Assembly: GCA_028688325.1 (NCBI GenBank)
Contig: JAQTYI010000001.1
Span: forward strand, 31,088 to 95,087
Reading direction: 5' to 3'
DNA length: 64,000 nucleotides
Source of the DNA: Candidatus Portnoybacteria bacterium
Lineage (GTDB): Bacteria; Patescibacteriota; Minisyncoccia; Portnoybacterales; GWB1-42-6
The position numbers were made by a program, and so were the translations under genes. Below the pieces are notes generated by a model. The model saw nothing but the letters and a program-made list of their open reading frames with translations, was not told the DNA's origin and ran no database searches. The number at the start of each line of letters is the position of its first letter. Positions within the stretch are counted from its first letter, which is position 1. Below are positions 39,701 to 48,911 of the stretch, in pieces.

Positions 39701-39915
39701 CGGGAAAGCCAATGCTATTTGTGGGGTTGGAAGATGAAAAAGCCAAACTGGAAATTCTGGTCTTCCCCAAAATGCTGGAGCGCACTCCGACTTTCTGGCA
39801 GGAAGGCAAAGTCGTGATTGTTTCGGGGCGACTGGACGACAAAGAAGGCAATTTCAAACTCCTTTGCGAAGAAGTGCAGGAGCTGAACGCCAACCACCTC
39901 AAAAACGCGCAGTAA
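36721..39915 (+). CDS. dnaE: DNA polymerase III alpha subunit
   Basis: PHP domain HLHVHSHYSLLDG, GRGSAAGS, PDIDLDF, KMDFLGL, YGFNKAH. Confidence 0.98.
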   Translation: MKFTHLHVHSHYSLLDGLAKIDGLVDRALKLGMDSLALTDHGSLYGAVEFYKKAKAKGLKPIIGTELYVAPEKLTDKRPRIDDKNYHLILLVKNKTGYQNLVFLMTEAWLKGFYYKPRIDKDLLRGRAEGLIASSACLAGEIPQAILKGNLDKAKELALEYQEIFGAGNFFLELQHHANLPEQAKVNAELIKISKKTGVPLVATNDVHYLTPDQAQAQDILMLVNTNADIDDPERLSMRDNDFSLRPPQQLIDYFQDVPEAISNTQKIVQQCNFEFELGKYQLPHFKVPTKQTPEAFLKELAYKGISHRYPGQTSQEVLERLEYELGVINKMGFASYFLIVQDFVNWAKNQGIGVGPGRGSAAGSIVAYLLNITEIEPLKYDLLFERFLNPERISMPDIDLDFADNRRDEVIAYVRQKYGDDHVAQIITFGTMAARAAIRDTGRAMGVAYLLCDQVAKSIPFGLTLDKALTDSQEFKQLYDSDEQVKKLIDTALVLEGVARHASTHAAGVLITKDPLNTIVPLQRPTQDRENGGNVSQYEMHAIEDLGLLKMDFLGLKTLTQIENTVNIIKNTKGEKINAGALALDDKKTYKLLQEAKTTGVFQLESGGMKRNLKELKPTVFEDIIAMVALYRPGPMDFIPDFIARKHGHKKIEYIHPALEGIIGNTYGVVVYQEQVMAIASRLAGFTMPEADTLRKAMGKKIKKLMDEQREKLIQGMTRNNITGGIAEKIWEFIEPFAQYGFNKAHATCYALLGYQTAYLKAHYPTEFMAALMNSESDDIERIAFLVDECRQMKIDVLPPDINESLGSFTVMKDGAIRFGLKAVKNVGSNVVDAIVKERKQNGAFKTIAEVIERVKDKDLNKKSLESLIKCGALDAIGERGQFLANLEALLNYAREVQRPKTNGQASLFGGAENKNLLPPLKLQEAAPAGKKEKLDWEKELLGLYVSEHPAREYEKVILQRAFMPSKLTHEMVGKSLKVGGVLSHVKKIITKAGKPMLFVGLEDEKAKLEILVFPKMLERTPTFWQEGKVVIVSGRLDDKEGNFKLLCEEVQELNANHLKNAQ

Positions 39916-39968
39916 GCAGAATTATTATTGACAGCGTTCGCCTAAAAAGCGTAAAATGTATTCATAAA

Positions 39969-40180
39969 CGAGCAATAAAGCGGACTCACCAACCCCTCGA
40001 CAGACCCAGGGCAAGCCGTCCAAAGCTGTCAACGCTCACGCGGGATACCGGCGCGCTGGTATTATAAAGAGTCCGGCTTTTATCTTAAAGCCGGAAAATT
40101 GGGTGGAACCGCGAGGTATAAAAATACCCCGTCCCAAATATCTTCTTAATTGAAGATTTTTAGGACGGGGCTTTCTTTTT
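39969..40180 (+). promoter_or_regulatory. T-box riboswitch with terminator
   Basis: AATTGGGTGGAACCGCG (40097-40113), antiterminator partner CGTCCC, terminator CCCCGTCC...GGACGGGG followed by a U-rich tract; promoter TTGACA-18-TAAAAT at 39928-39957. Confidence 0.88.
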
Positions 40181-40184
40181 AATT

Positions 40185-40468
40185 CTACTGCGCACGGTCG
40201 GGATAAAAGAAATCCCATGTTTTCCGATCCATGGGCTCCAGATCGACGCAACCGCAGCTTCGGCAGTCCACGATCATCCTTACGACATTTAATTCTTTAC
40301 CGTCCGGACTTGCCTGCGGCCATTCCTGAAACATCGCTGAACATTGCCCTTTGTCAGCGACTAATGTACCGCACACTGCGGACAGCACCAAACAACATCT
40401 TCCGGCAATTCCACTGAGCCGCCGCAAGCCAAATAGCCCAAACCTATCCTGGTTTTTACACCGCTCAT
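40185..40468 (-). pseudogene. Small zinc-ribbon gene, apparently frameshifted
   Basis: RBS AAAGGAGGAG plus ATG 40468 gives ...WCCPQC and then a stop; removing one TG from CAGTGTGCGG joins it to CGTLVADK...DCRSCG. Confidence 0.5.
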
Positions 40469-40523
40469 ATTCTCCTCCTTTAAGAACTGTATTTATACCA
40501 CTTATTAACTTTAATAAAAAACT

Positions 40524-42278
40524 ATGTCAACTAAAAACGAAAGTCAATTGGAAATCCTCCGCCATTCTGCGGCTCATGTTCTCGCCGCCGCGGTTTTAGA
40601 GATGTTCCCCGAAGCCAAATTTGCCATCGGGCCAAATATTGAAGACGGGTTTTATTATGATTTCGATCTGCCCCGCACGCTAATACCGGAAGACCTGGCT
40701 TTGCTGGAAGAAAAAATGTGCGCGATAATCGGGCAGGATCTGCCTTTTGAAAAAAGCGAAGCGGATGCAAAAGAAGCTATAAAGCTGTTCAAAAAAGCCG
40801 GCCAGCCGTATAAGGTTGAACTGATAGAAGACCTGGCCAAAAATGAAGGCGCAGAGAATGTCTCGCTTTATAAATCCGGCCCATTCGTGGACCTGTGCCG
40901 CGGCCCGCATATTGAATCGGCCGGTAAGATAAAACCGGACGCTTTCAAATTGCTCAAAATTTCCGGCGCTTATTGGCGCGGCAGCGAAAAAAATAAGATG
41001 CTCCAGCGCATCTACGGCACGGCCTGGGAATCAAAAAAGGACTTGGCCGCGTATTTGAACCGCCTGGAAGAAGCGGCCAAACGCGACCACCGAAAAATTG
41101 GCAAAGACCAGGACTTATTTTCTTTCCATGATGTGGCCCCGGGCATGCCGTTTTTTCATCCCAAGGGAACCGTCATTTATAATCTGCTAAAAAACTTCTG
41201 GGTTGAAGCGCAAAAAGAATTTGGTTACGATAATATCCTCTGCCCCTCAATGCTGGATGTGGCCATCTGGAAAAAATCCGGCCACTGGGACCACTATAAA
41301 GACGATATGTATTTCATCAAAGCCGGAGAAGACGAGAAAGAATACGCCTTGCGGCCCATGGATTGCCCGGGCGCCATTTTGATATATAACAATTCTTTGC
41401 ATTCTTATCGCGAACTCCCCTTGCGCTATGCCGAACCGGGACTCATTACCCGTAAAGAAAAGTCCGGCCAACTAAACGGCCTCTTGCGCGTGCAGCAATT
41501 TGTGCAGGATGACGCGCATATCTTTTTAACTGAGGGACAGATAGAACAAGAAGTGAAAAATGTCATCAATTTAGTAGATAAAATATATAAGCCGTTCGGT
41601 ATCAAGTATAAAGCGTATCTTTCTACCAGACCCGATGATTATATGGGCGACATCAAATCATGGGAAAAAGCCGAAAACGCGTTAAAAAATATTTTGGATG
41701 AAGTTTACGGACAAGATAATTACGGCCTAAAAGAAAAAGACGGCGCATTTTATGGGCCCAAAATCGACTACCAGCTGGAAGACGCCATTGGCCGCACCTG
41801 GCAGTGCGCCACCATCCAGCTGGACTTCCAAATGCCGGAAAAATTCGGCTGCCGCTATATTGATAATGAAGGCAAAGAGCAACGACCCGTAATGATACAT
41901 CGCACTATTATGGGCGCATTTGAGCGCTTTATGGGCATCCTGATAGAGCATTATGCCGGCGCCTGGCCCGCGTGGCTGGCGCCTGAACAGGCCTGGCTCT
42001 TGCCCATCGGCGAAAAGCATACCGACTATGCCAACTCGGTCGCGCAAAAACTCCGCGCCGCCGGCATTCGCATTGCCGTCAAAAATGAAAGCGACACTAT
42101 CGGCAAAAAGATCCGCGCAGGCGAACAACAAAAGGTATCGTATCTTCTGGTTATGGGCGATAAAGAAATCGCCGCCGATTCCGTCGCCGTGCGCGAACGA
42201 GGCAAGGGAGACCTGGGGGCAATGAAGGTTGAAGATTTTGTTGAAAAAATAAAAGAAGAGATCGACAATAAATCATAG
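40524..42278 (+). CDS. thrS: Threonine-tRNA ligase
   Basis: LRHSAAHVLA, DLCRGPH, RDHRKIG, AFYGPKID, QCATIQLDF. Confidence 0.98.
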   Translation: MSTKNESQLEILRHSAAHVLAAAVLEMFPEAKFAIGPNIEDGFYYDFDLPRTLIPEDLALLEEKMCAIIGQDLPFEKSEADAKEAIKLFKKAGQPYKVELIEDLAKNEGAENVSLYKSGPFVDLCRGPHIESAGKIKPDAFKLLKISGAYWRGSEKNKMLQRIYGTAWESKKDLAAYLNRLEEAAKRDHRKIGKDQDLFSFHDVAPGMPFFHPKGTVIYNLLKNFWVEAQKEFGYDNILCPSMLDVAIWKKSGHWDHYKDDMYFIKAGEDEKEYALRPMDCPGAILIYNNSLHSYRELPLRYAEPGLITRKEKSGQLNGLLRVQQFVQDDAHIFLTEGQIEQEVKNVINLVDKIYKPFGIKYKAYLSTRPDDYMGDIKSWEKAENALKNILDEVYGQDNYGLKEKDGAFYGPKIDYQLEDAIGRTWQCATIQLDFQMPEKFGCRYIDNEGKEQRPVMIHRTIMGAFERFMGILIEHYAGAWPAWLAPEQAWLLPIGEKHTDYANSVAQKLRAAGIRIAVKNESDTIGKKIRAGEQQKVSYLLVMGDKEIAADSVAVRERGKGDLGAMKVEDFVEKIKEEIDNKS

Positions 42279-42344
42279 AGTTCCTCGCGCATATAAAGAA
42301 CCTTATCATTCAAGCCGCCCATAGCGAAAATGGGGGTTGTTCTG

Positions 42345-42534
42345 CCGCGCATACGAAAAACTTTAAGACAAAATCGAGATGAGCGAGGCGTTTAAAATCG
42401 CGTGCTGTGGCGGGGCCCCAAGCGTCAGCTTGGGGCGTTGTGCATAGCGATTTTAGATGAGCGAATCCGATTTTGTTAAAGTTTTATCGCCGCGCGGGAA
42501 CTCTTTTGCTACTTTTCTGGTTACAGAAAAGTAG
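42345..42534 (+). repeat. ~190-bp long-hairpin repeat, copy 3 (preceded by a 22-bp partial copy at 42309-42330)
   Basis: Near-identical to 17907-18096. Confidence 0.85.
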
Positions 42535-42600
42535 ATTAAATTATATTAACCTGGATTCCCGCCCCGCATTTGATGCGGGGCGGGAATAACAATATATACG

Positions 42601-44103
42601 ATGAATCTCCTTAAAAAATCCTGGCCGTTCATATTCCTGACAGCTTTATCGCTCATAATCCACTTCTCCTTTTTAAGCTACCCCAGCCAGGTGGTTTTTG
42701 ACGAGGTGCATTTTGGCAAGTTCGCGGCCGCCTATTCCACGGGCCAGTATTATTTTGACATCCATCCGCCGCTTGGCAAACTGATGATAGCGGGTTTTAC
42801 AAAATTGGCCGGCATTGATCCGGTTTTTGATTTTAACAACATCGGCGAGAATATGCCCGCCGGCACTCTTTTTGCCATGAGATTTCTGCCCGCGCTTTTT
42901 GGCGCACTTTTTGTTTTGGCCTTTAGCTGGTTGGCGTGGCTCGCAACTCGCGACAAAAAAATCGCCCTACTGGCCGGTTTTTTGATATTGCTGGATAACG
43001 CTTTTTTAGTGCAATCAAAATTCATTCTGGTGGATATTTTTATGCTGTTTTTTGAAGTTTTAACGCTCTGTTTTTTCTTCCTGTGGCAAAGGCAAAAAAG
43101 CTTTGGCGCAAAATGGTTTTCATATTTATTCTTGACCGCAATATTTTTCGGACTGACAATTTCCATTAAATGGACAGGGTTGGCGACTATCGGCATCATT
43201 GGCGTTATTTTGTTTATAAAAATATTTAGCAAAAAAATATCTATCTACTTAAGTCATCCTGAACCGCCAGTGGGCGGTGAAGGATCTTTAATAGATTCTT
43301 CGGCCTCGACGGAGTTTATGCTGAGTGAAACGAATGTGCTCGGCCTCAGAATGACAAAATTAAACTTGCTCAAAGAATGGCTGGTTGGTTTTTCTGCTAT
43401 CATACTTATCGGTTTCCTCGTATACCTCATCCCCTTCTATATCCACTTCGACCTTCTCCCCAACTCCGGCCCGGGCGATGCTTTTATGAGCCCGCAATTC
43501 CGGCAGGAACTGCAATACGGCCGCGCCAATGTTTATCAGCCGCTGCCCTTTTGGCAAAAATTTACAGAGCTCAATAAAACCATGTATACGGCCAGTACCA
43601 ACCTGACCACCGAGCATCCTTTTGGCAGCAAGTGGTATAGTTGGCCGCTGAATAGCAAGCCCGTCTATTATTGGAATAGGGATGAAATTGCGAGCCGCCC
43701 CGACTGGCAAGCCAAGATATTTTTTTCCGGCAACCCTGCAATCTGGCTCATAGCGGCCATAGGCATAATTTTCGTTCTAATAAAACTAGCAACCAAAAAA
43801 GGTCGGCGCGATTTCGGTCCGTTTTTTTTTATTTTATTGATAGCTTATTTTGCCAATCTCCTGCCGTTCATTTTTATTAAACGGGTGGCGTTTCTATACC
43901 ACTATCTGCCCCCGGCGATTTATGCCAATTTTATTTTGACTCTGCTCCTGGCTAAGCTCTGGCCGAAAGAAAAAAACTTTTTTACCGCGGCTATAATTTT
44001 TGTTATTCTCGGATTCATCCTGCTCTCGCCGCTTTCTTACGGCTGGCCGATGCCGCCAAAACTCGATTGGGCGGAAACAAACTTCATCGGTCTTTTTCAT
44101 TAA
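42601..44103 (+). CDS. Protein O-mannosyltransferase (PMT/GT39) with in-frame palindromic insert
   Basis: VFDEVHF, DIHPPLGK, HPFGSKWYSWP, GNP, FLYHYLP. Confidence 0.92.
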   Translation: MNLLKKSWPFIFLTALSLIIHFSFLSYPSQVVFDEVHFGKFAAAYSTGQYYFDIHPPLGKLMIAGFTKLAGIDPVFDFNNIGENMPAGTLFAMRFLPALFGALFVLAFSWLAWLATRDKKIALLAGFLILLDNAFLVQSKFILVDIFMLFFEVLTLCFFFLWQRQKSFGAKWFSYLFLTAIFFGLTISIKWTGLATIGIIGVILFIKIFSKKISIYLSHPEPPVGGEGSLIDSSASTEFMLSETNVLGLRMTKLNLLKEWLVGFSAIILIGFLVYLIPFYIHFDLLPNSGPGDAFMSPQFRQELQYGRANVYQPLPFWQKFTELNKTMYTASTNLTTEHPFGSKWYSWPLNSKPVYYWNRDEIASRPDWQAKIFFSGNPAIWLIAAIGIIFVLIKLATKKGRRDFGPFFFILLIAYFANLLPFIFIKRVAFLYHYLPPAIYANFILTLLLAKLWPKEKNFFTAAIIFVILGFILLSPLSYGWPMPPKLDWAETNFIGLFH

Positions 44104-44132
44104 AGGCGTTCTGTGATAAAATGCGGTTATAT

Positions 44133-44597
44133 ATGCCGACCAAGAGAAAATATCCTTACAATCGCGAACGGCTCTTGTTGACCGCCCTGGTCGCGGTAAC
44201 ATTTTTCGGCTTCCTTTTGTGGTCCATAGAACAAACCGCGTCCGAACAAGAAGACCTTCTAACCGCCTCCGCGATCATCAGCTTTCCAAACAGCAACAGA
44301 TCGATCAGGGCCTTGTCACCAAAGATTGGCGCCGCCATAAAAAGCCCCGTGGTAATTTCAGGGCGCGCCTCTGTTTTTGAAGCGGTGTTGCAAGCAAGGA
44401 TAAAAGACGCTTCCGGCCTGACCCTGGCACAAACGAAAATCATGGCAAAAGAGGGGCAGAAAATGTCGCCCTTCAGCGCTTCGGTAAAATACAAAAAGCC
44501 GACCAGGCCCAAAGGAACGATTGAAGTTTTCTCTCTTTCCGCCAAAGACGGCTCCGAGATCAACAAAATAACTATTCCGGTCGTTTTTAAAGATTAG
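44133..44597 (+). CDS. Membrane-anchored Gmad2-type immunoglobulin-like domain protein
   Basis: TM segment, then SPVVISGRASVFEA...SAKDGS. Confidence 0.75.
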   Translation: MPTKRKYPYNRERLLLTALVAVTFFGFLLWSIEQTASEQEDLLTASAIISFPNSNRSIRALSPKIGAAIKSPVVISGRASVFEAVLQARIKDASGLTLAQTKIMAKEGQKMSPFSASVKYKKPTRPKGTIEVFSLSAKDGSEINKITIPVVFKD

Positions 44598-44696
44598 TAA
44601 TCGCTAATTTGCGCGAATTGACACGAATAAAAAACGAATAATATCGATGCGGCGGCGCTTGTAAAAGAGCCGCTGTTTTGTTAGTATGCCAACGAT

Positions 44697-46022
44697 ATGA
44701 ACTATTTTACCATTACCTATGGCTGTCAAATGAATAGGTCCGACAGCGAGAAAATCACGACCCGCCTCCGTAAAATGGGTCACCAACCGGCCAAAAACGC
44801 GGCTCTGGCCGAATTAATAGTGGTTAATCTTTGTTCGGTCAGAGAAAGCGCCGTCCATCGCGCGCTGGACCAGATACATAAACTATCTGATGGTCGAAAA
44901 AAAATAATCGCGGCCGGATGCATTCTGCCGCAAGACAGAAAAAAGCTGGCTGCCAAAAATATCGCTATCTGGCACCCGGATGATTATTTTTCGCAAGTCC
45001 CCCTGCGGGAAAGCGAATTCAGCGTGTTCGTGCCGATAATGACCGGCTGCAACAACTTCTGTTCTTATTGCGCCGTGCCCTTCACGCGGGGCAGAGAAAA
45101 ATCACGCCCCGCCAAAGAAATAATCGCCGAAATAAAAAAACTGCTCAAAAACGGAGCTAAAGAGATAATTTTGCTTGGGCAGAATGTGAATTCTTATAAA
45201 GATACCGCCGAAACATTTAATCCCCCCACCCCCCTTTTGCGTAAGGGGGGCGAAAAACCCGTATCTGCCTCCCTTGTAAAAAGGGGGGCGGGGGGATTAA
45301 AAAATACCTCGATCGACTTTCCGGCCCTATTAATAATAATCAACGCCCTCTCCGGCAACTTCCGCCTTTCCTTCATCACTTCCCATCCCAAAGATATGTC
45401 GGATAAGCTGATTGAAACGATGGCCAAGTGTAAAAAAATTATTCCTTATTTGCATTTGCCCGTTCAAAGCGGCGACGACAAGATCTTGCGGGCTATGAAC
45501 AGACATTATAGTGTCGCGCATTATAAAAATTTGATAAAAAAGATCCACTCCTCCTTTGCCCGCTGGCGGGCTTCGGAGGACAAGCCGCCCTTTTCTCCCA
45601 TAGCCATCTCCACCGACATAATTGTTGGCTTTCCCGGCGAAACTGCTAAACAATTTCAAAACACGCTAAAACTGATAAAGAATGTTAATTTTGATATGAT
45701 ATATTTTGCCCGGTATTCTCCGCGATCCGGCACCGCGGCCGCCAAATTAAAAGACAATGTTTCGCCGAAAGAAAAAAGACGCCGGGCGCAAGTGATAAAT
45801 TCCCTGCTAAAAAAACAGGCACTGGAGTTGAATAAAAAATATATCGGGCAAGAAGTCGAGATACTGGTGGAAAAAGTCGACGCGAACTGGGCCCGGGGAA
45901 AAACTTCAACTAACAAGGAAGTGATGTTGCCGCGAAAAAAATTGAAGATAGGACAATTTACAACGGTAAAAATAACCGAAGCCGCCGCTTGGCATTTGAA
46001 GGGATTAGAAAAGCCGCGCTAA
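44697..46022 (+). CDS. miaB: tRNA methylthiotransferase MiaB (radical SAM)
   Basis: TYGCQMN, GCNNFCSYC, LHLPVQSG, DIIVGFPGET, TRAM domain; next to miaA. Confidence 0.93.
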   Translation: MNYFTITYGCQMNRSDSEKITTRLRKMGHQPAKNAALAELIVVNLCSVRESAVHRALDQIHKLSDGRKKIIAAGCILPQDRKKLAAKNIAIWHPDDYFSQVPLRESEFSVFVPIMTGCNNFCSYCAVPFTRGREKSRPAKEIIAEIKKLLKNGAKEIILLGQNVNSYKDTAETFNPPTPLLRKGGEKPVSASLVKRGAGGLKNTSIDFPALLIIINALSGNFRLSFITSHPKDMSDKLIETMAKCKKIIPYLHLPVQSGDDKILRAMNRHYSVAHYKNLIKKIHSSFARWRASEDKPPFSPIAISTDIIVGFPGETAKQFQNTLKLIKNVNFDMIYFARYSPRSGTAAAKLKDNVSPKEKRRRAQVINSLLKKQALELNKKYIGQEVEILVEKVDANWARGKTSTNKEVMLPRKKLKIGQFTTVKITEAAAWHLKGLEKPR

Positions 46023-46204
46023 CATTAAGTCAGCCGGCCATCTAATATACATGTATTCTGACCTTGCTTGAGCGGCGCGAATTTTGGCGTGCCGCCTTTG
46101 CCGGCCGTAAATAAAACGCGTTTTCCGCACAAAAGAACTATAACAACAAAAAAGTGCCGTTTTCGGCGCCTTTTATACACTCATTTTAACTTTTTACCGA
46201 ACCT

Positions 46205-47224
46205 ATGTCAAAGCCAACTTATCCCCAAAAACCGATAATCGTCGTGGTCGGCCCCACGGCCTCGGGAAAATCCGACTTAGCAGTTAAGCTCGCTAAAAAA
46301 TTCAACGGCGAGGTTATTTCGGCCGATTCGCGCCAGGTTTACAAAGGCATGGATATCGGCACGGGAAAGGTGCCTCTCTCAAGTCCCCCCCTTGCGCAAA
46401 GGGGGGCCAGGGGGGTTAAACCTGCTGGCTACTACGGCGGCATTGCACATTATTTAATCGATGTGGCCTCGCCAAGCCGCCGATTTACCGCCGGGCAATA
46501 CAAAAAACTGGGGCAAGCAGCAATAAAAAAGATACAAGACAAAAACAAGATTCCCATCGTTTGCGGCGGCACCGGATTTTATATCCGCATGCTTGTGGAC
46601 GATCTGCAAGTTCCGGCCGTCAAGCCGGACTTAAAACTGCGCGCCAAATTGGAGAAAAAGACAACACAAGAACTATTCGCCGAGCTTAAAAAACTGGATC
46701 CGCGCCGCGCCGCGGAAATCGACCGCGCCAATCCCCGTCGGCTCGTTAGGGCGCTGGAGATAATTTATCTAACTGGCAAACCCGTGCCGCCGCCCCCCCC
46801 CTCTGTCATTCCGGGCTTGACCCGGAATCCAGAACCTGGATCCCGCATCAAGTGCGGGATGACAAATAATAATGTATTGTTCCTCGGCATCCGCCTCCCC
46901 CGACCCAAACTCGCCAAACGCATCAAAGCGCGCCTGGCTAAACGCCTTAAACAAGGAATGCTCGCCGAAGTCAAAAAACTCCGCGCGCAGGGCGTTTCCT
47001 GGAAACGACTGGACAGCTTCGGCCTGGAGTACCGCTGGCTGGCGAAATTTTTGCAAAACAAAATCTCCTATGAGGAGATGGTTGAGCGCCTGCAAAAAGA
47101 TATAGAACATTATGCCAAACGGCAGATGACCTGGTTTGGCCGCGATGAACGGATTCGCTGGATAAAAAATTCTGCGCAAGCGGAAAAATTTATGGCCAAA
47201 TTCTTGAAAAAATCAGCTCTCTAG
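46205..47224 (+). CDS. miaA: tRNA dimethylallyltransferase
   Basis: GPTASGKS, ADSRQVY, GGTGFY, YAKRQMTW. Confidence 0.96.
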   Translation: MSKPTYPQKPIIVVVGPTASGKSDLAVKLAKKFNGEVISADSRQVYKGMDIGTGKVPLSSPPLAQRGARGVKPAGYYGGIAHYLIDVASPSRRFTAGQYKKLGQAAIKKIQDKNKIPIVCGGTGFYIRMLVDDLQVPAVKPDLKLRAKLEKKTTQELFAELKKLDPRRAAEIDRANPRRLVRALEIIYLTGKPVPPPPPSVIPGLTRNPEPGSRIKCGMTNNNVLFLGIRLPRPKLAKRIKARLAKRLKQGMLAEVKKLRAQGVSWKRLDSFGLEYRWLAKFLQNKISYEEMVERLQKDIEHYAKRQMTWFGRDERIRWIKNSAQAEKFMAKFLKKSAL

Positions 47225-48772
47225 TTTTTTCTTCAACATCCCAACCACCACCTGAGGATTGGCCTTGCCCTTCGTGGCGGCCATGACTTTGCCGACAAGA
47301 AACATCAGCGAGTTTTGCTTGCCTTTTTTAAAGTCCGCCACCGGGCCGGGGTTGGCGCTTAAAACTTCTTCGATTGCCAGATTCAGCTCTTCCTCATCGC
47401 TCACCTGGCCCAAGTCCTTTTCGGCAATGACATGCGAGGGATCCGCTCCCGTGGCGAACATTTCCGCCAGCACCGTTTGCGCGCCGGAAGATGAAACCAC
47501 GCCTTGCGCTGTCAGTTTGATGAACTCGGCGAATTTGGCCGGTGTGATTTTTACGGCGGAAAAATCATTGCCCGACTGATAAACCAGCCGCTGGAGCTCC
47601 GTAATCAAATAGTTCACCGCCAGTTTTGCCGATTTGGCATAGTCAATTTTCGGCTCGGCCATTTTAGCCAAAGCCGCCAATTCGCTGGCCGTTTTTTCAA
47701 AATAATTTCCCAGATCGAAATTAACGACTAAAACATCGATATCTCCGGCCGACAAACCGTATTCTTTGGCGAATCTCTCCCTTTTTTGCGCCGGCAATTC
47801 CGGAAGCTCTTTTTTCAATTCCTCGCTCAAGATCACCAACCCCTTTAGCGGCGGCAGATCCGGCTCGGGAAAATAGCGGTAATCATGCGCCTCTTCTTTC
47901 GCGCGCTGACTGAATGTCTCGCCTGTTGCATCATCCCAACCGCGCGTTTCCTGAATTATCTTTTCGCCCGCTTCCAACGCCTCGGTTTGCCTTTTTATCT
48001 CATAGTCAATCGCCCGCTCAACTACTCGAAAAGAGTTTAGATTTTTTATCTCTACCTTCGTCCCTAATTTCTTTAACCCTCCTGCTTCCCCCTTTACAAG
48101 GGGGGCAGATACGGGTTTATCTCCCCCCTTACGCAAAAGGGGGGTTGGGGGGTTAAAGTCCACGGGCCGTATACTAATATTGACTTCGCACCTCATCTGC
48201 CCTCGCTCCATATCCGCATCGGAAATTCCCAAATATCTAAAAATTAATTGCAACTCCTGGCAAAATTTGCGTGCCTGAGCGCCGGATTTTATATCGGGCT
48301 CTGTTACCAATTCCATCAACGGCACGCCGGCGCGGTTTAAATCCACAAGCGAATAGTCAGCTCCCTTGGGATGCGTTAATTTGCCGGTGTCCTCCTCAAG
48401 ATGTATCCGGGTTATCCTGACGCGGGCTTTTTCATCGTTTTCTCCGATATCCAAATACCCGCCTTCAATTAGCGGCTGGTCGTATTGTGAGATCTGGTAA
48501 CCCTTAGGCAAATCGGGGTAAAAGTAGTTCTTGCGGTCGAACTTGGATGTGTCGCCGATCTGGCCTCCCAGGGCCAATCCCGCCTTTAGAACCATATGCA
48601 CCGCTTCCTCGTTGATGACAGGCAAGGTTCCGGGCTGGCCGGAGCAGACGGGGCAGATATCAACATTGGGCTCGGTTTCAAGGCCCAGCCCGTTGGGACA
48701 AGAACAAAACATCTTGCTCTTGGTTTTCAGCTCGGCGTGGATTTCCAGGCCTATAGTCGGTTCGTATTTCAT
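47213..48772 (-). CDS. gatB: Asp/Glu-tRNA amidotransferase subunit B
   Basis: IGLEIHAEL, RKNYFYPDLPKGYQISQ, DYRYFPEPDLP; start reset to MKYEPT. Confidence 0.97.
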   Translation of the reverse strand: MKYEPTIGLEIHAELKTKSKMFCSCPNGLGLETEPNVDICPVCSGQPGTLPVINEEAVHMVLKAGLALGGQIGDTSKFDRKNYFYPDLPKGYQISQYDQPLIEGGYLDIGENDEKARVRITRIHLEEDTGKLTHPKGADYSLVDLNRAGVPLMELVTEPDIKSGAQARKFCQELQLIFRYLGISDADMERGQMRCEVNISIRPVDFNPPTPLLRKGGDKPVSAPLVKGEAGGLKKLGTKVEIKNLNSFRVVERAIDYEIKRQTEALEAGEKIIQETRGWDDATGETFSQRAKEEAHDYRYFPEPDLPPLKGLVILSEELKKELPELPAQKRERFAKEYGLSAGDIDVLVVNFDLGNYFEKTASELAALAKMAEPKIDYAKSAKLAVNYLITELQRLVYQSGNDFSAVKITPAKFAEFIKLTAQGVVSSSGAQTVLAEMFATGADPSHVIAEKDLGQVSDEEELNLAIEEVLSANPGPVADFKKGKQNSLMFLVGKVMAATKGKANPQVVVGMLKKKLES

Positions 48773-48902
48773 ACCAGGTAGTAGAAATTCGGTTATATTC
48801 ATAAATCCATACGGATTTTTAAATTGCCGAATTCTATAGTTTTATCAAATTTTGCCAATTAGTGATAGTTAACTAAACTGCCGAATTTTCACTACCTGGC
48901 AT
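48771..48902. mobile_element. MITE-like element (CCAGGTAGT terminal inverted repeats) at the gatB start codon
   Basis: ATACCAGGTAGTAGAAATTCGG...CCGAATTTTCACTACCTGGCAT. Confidence 0.82.
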
Positions 48903-48911
48903 ATCTATATT

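Noticed and set aside
36721-39915. Inteins or introns in dnaE (also checked gyrB)
   Set aside because: Lengths and motif spacing are ordinary; no splice-junction or homing-endonuclease motifs seen.
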